A stretch of 64,000 nucleotides of DNA, from assembly GCA_036172245.1 (NCBI GenBank), contig JAYWIR010000006.1:2852001-2916000 (forward strand), written 5' to 3'. The notes beneath the pieces were generated by a model that worked only from the letters and a program-made list of their open reading frames with translations, was not told the DNA's origin and made no database searches. A program made the translations under genes and the position numbers. The DNA is from Raillietiella orientalis (Eukaryota). Positions 50,357 through 61,449 of the stretch are shown in pieces. Every line of letters begins with the position of its first letter. Within the stretch, counting starts at the first letter, position 1.

Positions 50357-51007
50357 ATGAAGCGTAAGCAGCTGGAAAGCAAGTTGGAGCCGCTACAATC
50401 TTTCACTCATCCAAAGGTTCATTTAGAACAGTATGCAACATCACCTCATATTGCCAGTTGTATGTTGTTCTCTATTGAATATAGTTTTGGAGAAGTGAAA
50501 AACCAGCTGGTAGCTGATCTAGGCTGTGGTTGTGGTGTATTAACTGCAGGATGTTCTTTACTAGAAGTTGGACATTGTGTAGGAATTGACATTGATTGCA
50601 GTGCTTTGCAAGTGGCTGCTGCAAATATGGCAATGTTGGATGTGACATGTGTGGATTTTTTGACTGCAGATGTTATTGAAGAAAACATAGGTCTATCTTT
50701 GAAGCAGCAGTTTGACTGTGTGATTATGAATCCTCCATTTGGTACTAAGCATTTTCCTGGTGCTGACTTGGCCTTTTTGAGACAAGCGTTTCTGTTATCC
50801 ACAGGATCTGTTTATTCATTGCACAAAACGTCTACCAGATCACATGTGATAAGAAAGGCAGAGCAGTGGGGAGCTGAAGTGGAAGTACTGGCTGAACTGC
50901 GCTATGATCTCCCTCGTAGTTACAAGTTTCACCAGAAGAGTTCAGTTGATATTGAAGTGGATTTCTATCGATTTGATGTACAAAATAAATTGAAGAAACT
51001 TCAGTGA
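50357..51007 (+). CDS. METTL5: 18S rRNA m6A methyltransferase METTL5, 216 aa, intronless CDS
   Basis: PKVHLEQYATSPHIA, SAM-binding ADLGCGCG, catalytic NPPF, VYSLHKTSTR, AELRYDLP.SYKFH.K.SVDIEVDF.RF. Confidence 0.96.
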   Translation: MKRKQLESKLEPLQSFTHPKVHLEQYATSPHIASCMLFSIEYSFGEVKNQLVADLGCGCGVLTAGCSLLEVGHCVGIDIDCSALQVAAANMAMLDVTCVDFLTADVIEENIGLSLKQQFDCVIMNPPFGTKHFPGADLAFLRQAFLLSTGSVYSLHKTSTRSHVIRKAEQWGAEVEVLAELRYDLPRSYKFHQKSSVDIEVDFYRFDVQNKLKKLQ

Positions 51008-52033
51008 AGTACAAGATCACAGAAGTTCGCGTCATTCATTTTTTTAAGGTCACATATAAAACAAATTATGAATATTTCTTGGTTCACCAGAACGAAAAGT
51101 TTGTTAAGTGTATGTGGTGTACCTAGAGCATTAATGTTGCTGTGAACTAAACCAATGAAAAAAGAAAGTGGATTGTGTCTGTGAACTACTAACTACTTTC
51201 ATTGTAAATTAAATAAATAAATTGAAAAGATGAGCTTCTTTAAAGAGTGTGCTAGTGAAGTGGTTTTTAATGAATGGAAACCTAATGGAATTGTAGAAAC
51301 TGCATACATCCCAGTGTCAGCATCGACTGGATTCTGGTTCACGAAATCCCTCGATTTCACCTTTTCAAAGGTAGCTTTCTCCTGTTCTTGCACACCTTTG
51401 CTGTTACAATCCCCATTAAGCTTCCCACGTTTGAAATGTGGCTGTGATTTGTTTCACAACATCAGATGATGGATTAGCAGATATCTCTTGCTGCTCTTGG
51501 TGCTGCATGATTTACTGCATGCTTCTGTGCAAAGCTTTTCTGTAAAGTTCTTTTTTGAGTTTGGATTCTCGAGTTTCTCACAGTGATCCGAAATTTCATG
51601 TTCCTCAGTACCAAGGATAAAAGGAATCAGATTTTGTTCTAGCAAACCAGTGGGATATGTGTGAATGGATATGCTTAACGAATCAGCAATGATGTCAGGT
51701 AACTGTGGGTTACATGTGGTTTTGGAGTGCTTTGCATAATCATGATGGTTGTAACTGTACGCCAGCATGTCCCATACCTTGTCATGTTAGAGCCAACAAC
51801 TTCACCTGTGCCTGGTGCAAAGGCATCATTTGTTTGTGTCCTTCAAGCAATACGTCGATGTTTGAGTTACAAGAGGAAGGAAAGGTTCTGTTGTACTTCA
51901 CTGAGCAATGGGATCCACTGCCCATTTGTAGCTTTAAGTATGTTTGTGTGCCCTGATGCAAAGTGCTCTCATTGGGCCCAGTTCATACTTGCATGGGTGT
52001 CCTCCTGGGAATTCTGGACTCTGTGAATGCTGT

Positions 52034-52067
52034 ATCGCTTCTCAACCTTTTGGCTAAGATCAAAGTG
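52034..52067 (+). pseudogene. U2: U2 snRNA 5' fragment (nt 1-34)
   Basis: ATCGCTTCTCAACCTTTTGGCTAAGATCAAAGTG, followed by a repeat of its end (gatcaaagt-gatcaaagt). No downstream U2 sequence or Sm site. Confidence 0.9.
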
Positions 52068-53849
52068 ATCAAAGTACTCCTGGTGTCTCACAAATACCAC
52101 TAATTAAGTGCAAGTGTTGCTTTCTGTGAATCTTTCAAATTTCTTCATGTGAAATGTCCAGGTATCCCAGGTGTGTTGGATCAGCTTTACCATCGATGAA
52201 AAAGTTCACCCTTCATCCTCCATGGGTGCATGGTGGGTAGGACGAGGGTGGAACTACGGTGTGGAGAGAGATTACAAATGAGTAGGTACGTCGGTGATGG
52301 AAATGGAAGAAAAAAAAAATATTGAAACAGGACCAAGGCGTCGTTCCCGTTTAAATTTGCACACGACGCTAGTACTATTAAACAGTTTTATGGATTGATG
52401 CCCGGATCTTTGTGCGTTTTGCATATGTCACGCGCGATCGATTAAACCGATCGAATAGTCAAATGGATTTACCAGCCTCGGTTTCGATCATCATGTAGCC
52501 GGCCACGCTCCCTACAGCTCCTATTGCCAACTCTTACCCGCGGTGCTTCTCCGAAACGGTTGTGAAAACTTCGCCTGTGTGTATTTGTAATTGCATGCCA
52601 ACATCCGGATTGCCTTTAGACAATCCAGTGGTGGACGCTTATTCGGCTCACACGGCCCTCAGTGCTCATTCTTTTCTCGTTTCATCTTGGGCATAATTTT
52701 CGGAGGTTTTCCTGGACTCTTCTTGGTCAAGAAACGGAATGCCCACGGCAGCCACTCTTGATACGTGACAAGCAGAGAGCTTGTAATTGCTTCACAAGCA
52801 CGCGAAACGCTGCCATTCAAAAGGCGTTCGAGATCTCAACGTAGCATCACAGCAACGTTGTAACCACGCGCCCTTGTTATCTTTAGAAATCTCATTGCTG
52901 TCATTCCCCAGCTTCCATTTTTTTAGTCAAGTTACAACTGGAAAATTGTCTCTCATTTTGCACTTTTTTTTTTTTTTTTTTGTACAGTACGTATAGGTAC
53001 TTTCGGTTCCTCTTACAACCTGTCTGATCTCCCCTCCAAGTTCCACATCTGACTTCTGCGAGTCCTTCCCTCTCCCAATGCTGCCCTGCCCCCAAATTCT
53101 CTGCCGCGGCCCCCACAGATCATCTTTTCCCCTTATTATGTGTTCTTCCTCCTATACTCTGGTCTCGGTACCGCCGTTATGTATGACTTCCAGCATCATC
53201 ACATGTTACATGTTATATCACCACGTGGTTGGTTTTGCTTTAGCAGCTTCTGGTTCCACCGCATCATTGCAGGTTGCTTTCGACACCAGCTTTCCCCTCC
53301 CCTCAAGAGTCTCCTGCCTCACAGGATCTTCCGTGGAACCTCTATAAAACCCAATCCATCGGGCCTGATTACAAGTCGGTGGGCAAGGCTGACATCAGGT
53401 AACAAAGGTGCTTCCCTGAGAACACGCCCGCGGACCCTGACCCTGACCGAAGAACATCGAAGTAAGCGATGCTGAGCGTTGCCCTGATTTTAGGAGACCG
53501 TCGTCACTTAGGTTTGTGATCCCCACGTTTGATCCCCACGTGACCTCGGCGCCAGTCCTCCTGGGTTCAGGAGGAATCCAGGTATCTCACAGAGATGTAA
53601 GCAGATGTTTCAAATACATTCGACTTTCCGACGGCCTGTCAATTCTGAAAGGGAAGAACTTTGGTCTCCTTGGCTGGAAAGATTGCCTAGAAGGGACTTT
53701 ATCTTTGTGTGTGCATGGGAATAGAGCCCCCGTCCCCACACCAAGAAAACTCGAAGAAAGAAATCGAAGCCGATTGTTTTGCGGCTGCCTTCGATAACAG
53801 TCCTTCGGGTCTTTCCTGGGATTGTTTCTTGACCTTCTGACTAAAGGCA

Positions 53850-54330
53850 ATCACCGAGGGGAGTATCAACCAGCTCCGTGGCACGCTCCATTTTCAGATC
53901 CCGAAGGGAACCCCGAAGGAAATCGGCTCCTTGATTCATGGAAGGACTCCGGCCAGTCAAAAGGAGGTGCTGTTTCCAGCTGCTTCCACCAGTGTCGCAC
54001 CCGGAAAAGCCAACCAGTGTCATCCTGCGGGAGCGACTAGTAACCCACGACGCACCGTCTATTCTCGGCGTCAATCGTTCCCCATGCGGGATTCAAACCC
54101 GCGAGGCGATTCGTGCCACGCTGCCGTCAACGCGGGCGTCCTGGAGTGGTTTCCGAGGAGGTGGGTAGTGCCAATGCAGATGAGGTCTTCTCAGCGAGAG
54201 GAAGAGAGCAAGAAGAGGACGCATAAGGTGCTCGTCAGAGTTCAGGTCGCAAGGGCGCTCCACAACTAGAGCTCGCACGAGAGATGATGGAGAGGCAAGC
54301 AACAGGTGCTGCAAGACATGACGGAGGTCT
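53850..54330 (-). mobile_element. Copy of the dispersed repeat module plus upstream sequence
   Basis: Reverse complement has cgcgggtttgaatcccgcatgggga, ccttccatgaatcaaggag and ggagctggttgatactcccc. Confidence 0.6.
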
Positions 54331-55329
54331 TTGGATTCTTATGCTGCAGGAGGAAGAGGGTTGTCAGTGTTGTTGCACCGGGTTCTCCCGGTCGACTGTC
54401 TCACATGCACTCGCCTCCATGCAAATGCCACTGAAGCGATCCTATTTACCCGGTCCACGCGTATCTTGCAGGGCTCGAGTGAATCCGAAATTCTGCAAGT
54501 GCATGGTAACCGGGAAAGTTTTTTCCCCTGAGTGTTTCTCTCCCCAGCCACAAATTTTTAGGAGGGGTCGGCACTTGCTGCAGGTATGGCCATGTGTCCT
54601 TCCTCTTTTCCTTCTTTCCGTAACGTCGTTTTCCCTCAAATCCTTCAGCTCCTTTCGGTTGTTCCCTGCCCATCTGGAAGCGCGGGCACGTGTTTGCACC
54701 CATTCTCCACGATGTGTACGAGCCATGTCTTCGCCCTCGCGTCAGCCACGCCCATCACTCACTAAGCTGTCGTCCAGCAATGACACCGAACAGCTGGAAA
54801 TGCGACAAGAACAAGATCCAGGTTGCTTCCCGTATCGCAGCAGTCCAGAGCCGTTTCATGATCGTCTCCATCGTCGGCCAACTGGTGCGCGCTCGGTCCT
54901 AATTTGCCGTGCACAAGAAAAACGTCTTGCTATTTTTCCGACTCGTTTACGTAACCAAAGTCTTCGCAGACCCTCAATGCATGCTCAGGAATTTATGGAT
55001 GCCATTCTTTTCCTCCATAATGCGGACTCTCCCACTAAAAAAGCCAGTCTGAATGTCCCGGGAGACAGTTGCCATTACTTTTCCTACGAGGGTTCCCATC
55101 TCCGATGATCTCACGCTTAGCTCATCATGTAACTGCACTTGGAGTGACAGTGCAGCCTACGTTAACGGTTCGCAGACATTTATGGGATACTCCTCCCTAC
55201 TCGGTCATTGGGAACTCGATGACAGCTCTCCGCGATGCGCGCTTCGCTATCAGACGCCATTTTGAACGCCGGATGCATCCGTAGCATCTGAGCAACTTCC
55301 TGAATAACTGTCAATCAAAGGGAGAAAAA

Positions 55330-57200
55330 AATCCGAGAAGTCGTGTAGGATCCGACCTGTCTCCGACGAGTTTGGGTCTAGGCAGGAAAAAAAATAATAA
55401 TTGGGGAAACTCACCGAGAGAGCTTTCGTCGATTGGGGTTTGCCAACAATTACGCAGAGGAGTTCCTGAAAGAGGGTGGAAGAGCTCGCGCACTCCAAGG
55501 AAACTCCTAGGCAGCTGGTTGACAACATTGAGCCTCGGGAAGACCATGGGCTACGATGCCACCGCTGTGGAAATCTCCTGCCAAACTCGTAAGAAAGGGA
55601 CCACGGAGGACCAGGGGCTCCGGACTGTGTACATGTCTCCATCTCTCCAGCCGAACTTGATGCAAGTTCTCCGGGATAAGCCTGACCAGCTTCCTCTGAA
55701 GGTGCTGCGTTCGAGAAGTCATTTTGGGGGTTCCGGAGCGCGCAGCATGCGTTCCCGGAAAGCTCTGGTAGCCCTCTGCTTGCACGTTTCGATTCTGTGG
55801 CTGACAAGTTCATACTTCCTACACCTCCATTCTTGTACTTGGAGTTGACAGCATCCTTTCCTAGCGGCCTACCGCTTGGTACACGTCGAACTGCTACAAA
55901 GGTGGATTCCACCTGCCGCAGAGAACGCCTGTTTAGGGAACACGTGGGATCCTAGACCTTCATGCATGTTGATATTCTTTTGCAAGAGTCCCAAGTGGTA
56001 GTAGAGAATGAGCGCTATCGCCAGTCACCTTCGGGACGGACGGTGCTCTGTGAAGACAGAGCAGACTGCCTTGCGCTTTGTAGCGAAGTGAAATTCGTTT
56101 GCCGGTTTTCCTGATCAGTGAAGGAGAGGACCGCGGACTTCAGATCAGGTGCTGGACTGGATCTCACTTTTCAGTGACGAAAAAAAGATTGATTTCTCTC
56201 TGCCGGATGAAGACATGCGCATCCAATGACATGCTCTCAGTGGCCAACACCTCGTTTCGAAAGAGTGGTCATTTTTGTTCCCGAACAAAATGACCACTCG
56301 GCCACGTCGCGTGACTTCTCTTTGGAGCTGGAGTCGGCGTCCTGCTGTGGAAACTGTGCGACGGAAGCTCATTTGTGAGGTGGCCAATGACTCCGGACCT
56401 TCCGCAGCCTGCGCGCTGCGCCGATGACCCTGGGGATTTTATGCAGGTGGGACCTGCCATCTTGACACATCCCTCAAGAGCCATCTGCCGCTGATCTCTC
56501 TCGCGATCTCCCCTCCCCCCAAAAAGAAAGTCGGGCAGCCTCAAAGCTGCTGGCCGCTCGTGGCACGTGTCTACAATGCCGCGGATGCAACACGGTGGTC
56601 ACGATCTTAGCGGCTCACTAGAGAACGTCCCGCACGCAGAAACGATAAAGCGAGTCCCTTAGGGGGTCCACCCGATAGCTCAGTGCTACTGCCAGCCTCT
56701 GTCAGAAGCCAAGGGGTATGCCGCAGTTCGTCACCTGAACACCTTGAGCAGAAAAAGGATGGATGGATGATCCGAGCAAAGGGATTCTTTTAGCCATCGA
56801 TGCGAGAAAGGACGTGCAAAGCATCTCTGTGCTTATGGAAATGCACGGCGAAATTTAAACTCATCAAGGAGACAGCTCGGAGGGATGAAACTGGGTAGAG
56901 GATGAGCAGGCGAACGGTGAGGAGGATCGGCCAGAAGCGCCGTCCCGACAGCTTCCTTGAAAGCCCCAAAAGGCGAGAAGCACGAGCCCTTGCCACTAAA
57001 GCGGAATAGCGAGACCCGCCTCGGGCTAAACGAAACATCTTGCAGGAGCAGAGGCAACCAGGGGTCCCCGCTCTACCGCGCCAAATCTTCCCCTGAACGT
57101 GGCCTCCACCTCGGGAGTAGATGGCCAATTGATCGGTCCACGGGGGATGATCAGAGTTCTCCCTAAATCCCTGCTCGCAATGGATTCACGTGACCCTTTG
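55330..57200. mobile_element. Cluster of LINE ORF2 remnants (EN-RT linker on + at ~55330-55920 and ~56750-57200; EN-like on - at ~56100-56420)
   Basis: TLSLGKTMGYDATAVEI (cf. L..GK.PG.DG...EFY) and RRGRVVILFGNK (cf. SRGVAILF). Confidence 0.4.
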
Positions 57201-58394
57201 ATGCAGGACCGTTTCTTCTGTGCAGGAAAGCGAACAAGCCATCAAAGCAGCGGTCCACTGCTCCTTTCCAGCCTTCGGGGGAAGGAAAAGGAAAAAGAAA
57301 AAAAAAAAATTCGATCCCGCATCTTCCAGACGAGGCGTTTTAGAAAACTCTACAATCCAAAGATAGACCCGGGCCTTTTCCTTCATCCCAGGCAAGCAAG
57401 TCCTCGCCTTCTACCTGCTCGTCCAGTCGCCCTAGAAAATCTCGAGCGACCTGGAGGTTTGAACTCTGCACCCAACGCGCTTCTCTGCTTCGGAAGAACT
57501 CTTCATCATGGGTCTCGAGGGATCAGCGGGAGCTAGGATTCTGAGTGAGGAACAGTATCCGAAGGGTTTGCTTTCTTCCCCTTGAGAAAAGAGGGCAGTA
57601 TCCGCAGGATTACTACCTTTGGGAACAGAGGGCATTATCCGGAGAGGACCTAAGAGGAGGAGCCTCTGTATTCGGCTGGACCTGAGGAAGGCGGAGAAGG
57701 AAAGACTCTGTCTGTTAAACTGTGGGGGGGATGGCAGATAGACCCATCCGGACGGGACCACGGATGCATCCGCGTGGGTCCTCAGTTCGGGCGCGGTGGA
57801 AGGGGGAATGGGGAGGACTGTTTCCTTGAGTCCTCAAGGAACGGTGGGGAGTGCGTGCGCTTCTCGGCTCGGGACGTGTCCTCGACTCGCACGTTTGAAA
57901 TCCCTGGATCCCAGATCGTCTCATGGAGACCCAAAGATCCAGGCAGCCTCGCCGGGAAGTGGCGCGGAAAAAATGGGGGGACCCGGTCCACGGCCAGGCA
58001 ATCCCGAGAGAAAGCTTCACACGAGGCGCCTTCGTGGTACTGACCTCACCCCGCTCGACGTGGCTCACCCGACCACGCGAGACCTTGTCGGCAGCACCGG
58101 GAGAGGAGCGCCGACCGGACGCTTGAAGAGACGCGCTCCTGTTTTTCGGCGTCTTCGCTCGGCTGACGGGCGAGAGCTCATCCGGAAGAGCGGACAGCGA
58201 CAGAACGGAGCTCAGAAGACGAAGGAAGGTCAGGACCAAACTTCTCGGCGGGGTCCGATCGAAACTGGAGCAGCAGTCAGGGGGCAAACAAGAAAAACGG
58301 AGAGGGGGGGGGGTAAGGAAGGCATCTTCCGCCACGGGGATCGCCCACTGAGACTGGACGCGCGGCGGAAAGGGCTACCGCGAGCCAGGCAGGC

Positions 58395-60000
58395 CACAGT
58401 TTATTTTTAAAAATAAACATACAAAGTGTAGGGCATTGGCCCTACATCGTCCGTCTCTCGGAACCTGCTCAGTAGCCGGCACGCAGGCCGGCGAGGTTCG
58501 TCCCGGCCGAGGAGGAGGGAGAGGCCAAAAAAAATAAAATAAATAAAAATCAATAAAAAAAAACACTTGGGGGCACAGGAAGCGATCAGTGTCCCTCTGG
58601 AGATGTCCTTTGCATCCTATGCAGGATGCCGGCAAGTTCCATCAAAGTATGTCTCTGTTGGGGCCATCTTGCTGCCGTCCGCAGGAAGCGCAGGGAGAAG
58701 CAGATGGCATCCCCATCGTGCCACTCTCCTCTCGCGTAGCTCCAGGTCGCCACAATTCCACGTAGGCAGAAAAGAGCTGCTAGGGATGCGTCAGGTGAAA
58801 AGGCATCACGCACGAAGAGGCCCTTCATCAAGTCTCTGGGATTGTCCGTCGGTGCTCCAAGGGCCGTTGCGTAACGCAACCACAGGGACCGGAGAGCAAC
58901 ACAGTCTACGAGCAGGTGCGGGAAGTATTCCCGTTCCCCACACCCGCAACAGTTGAGGTCCGCAAACTACGGGTCCAGTGAGATCGGAGGGCGTTGCATG
59001 GGATACCCCAGTGCAACAGCAGAAGTGCCGACTCCTGCTACTTCAAGGGGAGGACCCGGTTGTCCTTCAGCGCTGAAGGCCACCTGAGGTCTTTTTTTTT
59101 TTTTATTCAGGTTGAGCTGCCGCCCTTCCGCCCTGCCTGCGAGCTCCTATCGCTCCGACGTCTGGAGTCCGCTTCGCATCCGCTTAAACAGAACGGCAGA
59201 GACTTGTGTGTTGCCCGCGGTCTTCCCGCTTACCTTTACGAGCCGCAACCGAGGCTGTGGATGTCTTTGCAGGAGTTCTTCCCTGACTGGGAGGTTGGAA
59301 TTCCGGCTGCTGCTGCCCCCCGACAGCATGCGGCCGTGTTGCCGTTCCTCTTCGGTGTCCTCCGTCTCCAGCATGCCTCCACCACCATCCCGATCTCGAA
59401 TGACATGAAAAGCATCGCTCAAACCTCTCAAGCCTCCTACTTCTTCGCGCCACATGCAGGCTGCGGCTGCAGCTCCCACGCCGCATAGCAACAGCGATCT
59501 CTTCGATGCCATTCTTTCAGACGCAGTTCAAAAGACGTCCGGAGCTATCGACCCTGAAAGAAAATTTCTTTTCTTCCTCTGTTTTTCCGTTTCCACCTGA
59601 GGTCTTCGTGTGGGAGCTCTTCCCAGCAGCTTACTCCATCGCAGCAGTCCCTTTGGTGGGGCACCTGGGGTCGCAGCGTCCGTGAGCTGGTCCGTGGTCC
59701 AAGCACCTAATTCCTTCTCTCTTCCGCCTATCTCACATCGGACTTCCCATTTGGCCGGCTGATTACTGCCCAGGTGCTCCCTGAGCAAGGGTAGTGCCGC
59801 GGCTGGGGAGGTTCTTTGCGCCCACGCACACGTAGTGGGCTGCACGATGACATTCTGCAGAGAGCGGTCGCTGTAGAAAAAGTGCAGCAGTCGCTGCCAC
59901 ATCTCCAGGCTCGTTTCGTTCTTCTGGGTCCAGGTGCAAACGTTTTCCTGGAACCAGGCACTACCGTTCGCGGGCCGGCAGAAGATCCAGTTGGTTCTGG
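58395..60000 (-). mobile_element. Tx1/L1-like LINE 3' portion, same subfamily as 19440-20389, interrupted by an insertion at 59094-59592
   Basis: Long alignment to 19470-20389. Contains DLNCCGCGNGNTSRTCS*TVL (decayed knuckle) and KELGAWTTDQLTDAATPG. Confidence 0.8.
59094..59592 (-). mobile_element. About 500-bp polyadenylated retro-insertion with a 14-bp target-site duplication
   Basis: ccacctgaggtctt occurs at 59080-59093 and 59593-59606. A T13 run with ttattcagg at the left end reads AATAAA running into poly(A) on the minus strand. The empty site ggccacctgaggtcttcgtgtggg is seen at ~20153-20176. Confidence 0.85.
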
Positions 60001-61449
60001 TCAGCTTGGCCATCCGCCGGAGCTCCATCCCGCAGCTGCACACGTTGCGTCTGCGCCGCCGCGTCAGGAACGAAGACAGTCCCGTGTAGTCGCTGGCAGG
60101 CCGCGTAGTCCTTTTGGGGAAACCAGTGGTCGCCCGAAGGTCGCAGCGACACAATGCGACACACGGTCCCCGGCAGTAAGGCACCCGAACAGGAGGCGCC
60201 AGGACACGAGGGGTCTCCTGTCCTTTCCGCCGCCGGAGACGTGCCAGCTCCGGGGGGGGGAGTGCCCTCTGGCGGTTTCCCTGGTGACTGGAGGTCGAAC
60301 CCCACCTTCTCCTTCTCGGGGAATTGAAAATCGCTCTGCATCTCGGCTCATCTCCCGCCGCTGCTTGGTTGACACGCTCTTCGCTGCAGCACGAGGTGGC
60401 GTCGCGAGCGCGCGGTCAGGGGCTGCCGGCTACCCGCTTCCGTATCGGTTCCGTTGCTTCTCCCCCGCCTCTTCCCGAAAGTTCCTTCCTTGCCCTCGAA
60501 CGATGCTTGCTGACGCGTCCTAGTCGGTCTCAGCCACTCAGTCTGGTCCCCCTCTCCCTTGGCGCGCTCCTCACGCTCGGTCCCGTTCTGCCGCTTACCC
60601 TTCCCGACGGGTTTGTCCTCCAGCCTCGTGAAAAGTGTAAGAGTCATCCATCAGCTGGGAAACAAGCCTCCCGCTGCAAGGCCGCAGAGCGCCTTGCAGT
60701 GGGAGGCTGTGTGAGTGGCCCAGAGGACAGGTGGACGTCTTCCGGTCGGGTTCCTCTATTCGGGAAGATGTAAGGCGCACTGAGCATCGCTCAAAGCAGG
60801 GAGGTGTGGGACGTCCGTCTCTGGATCCAAAAAAAGGGGGGGAGAAGATGGGGGGGGGGAGGAAAAAGAAAGAAAATCAACAGCTCCGAGCTCGTTGGTT
60901 TGAGAGATTTCCGCAACGCGGCGCATCGGACGCCCTGGCACGAATGCACTGCACCTTCTCCCCGACGCGCGCAATGGGTGCGGAGGAAGCGTTCCTCTTT
61001 CAGGGGGAGGATGATGCGCGACGATCTCCTTGGAAGTCTACTTCGCCTTGTCCTCCCAAGGAAGGGAAGGACAAGGGCCGAAAGCGGGTGTTTCTCCCGC
61101 GGCGCGCGCAGAAAGTTCGCCTCGATCCGAGGAAGGACTCCTCCCGTAGGTGCGAGGGATCTCAGCAGGTCGCTCCATGCCTTTCACGTGCTCCGTTTGT
61201 CGCGCAAAGGGGCATCCCGGTGGATCCGCTGCCGTTTCAGAGCACAGCAGGAGACCCCCAGTCCCCTCAAGCAAACAAACAAACGCGCGCGCGCTCCGTC
61301 AGGGCAAAGGTGCGCCTCCAAGGGCCCTAGGTCTCGCTACCTTGGACGATCCGGGGAAGGCGATCAGTCAGCACCTCGCTAAGGAAGGGGATGAAGGATG
61401 GAGAGTGGGAGAGGTAGTCCGTCTTCCCCTCACTCCCATTCCCTGAGAG

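Noticed and set aside
56960..56985. ccaaaaggcgagaagc resembling antisense U2 (also cgcttctcggc at ~57859)
   Set aside because: Short matches lacking the CTAAGATCAAAG part, inside LINE-derived sequence. Likely chance.
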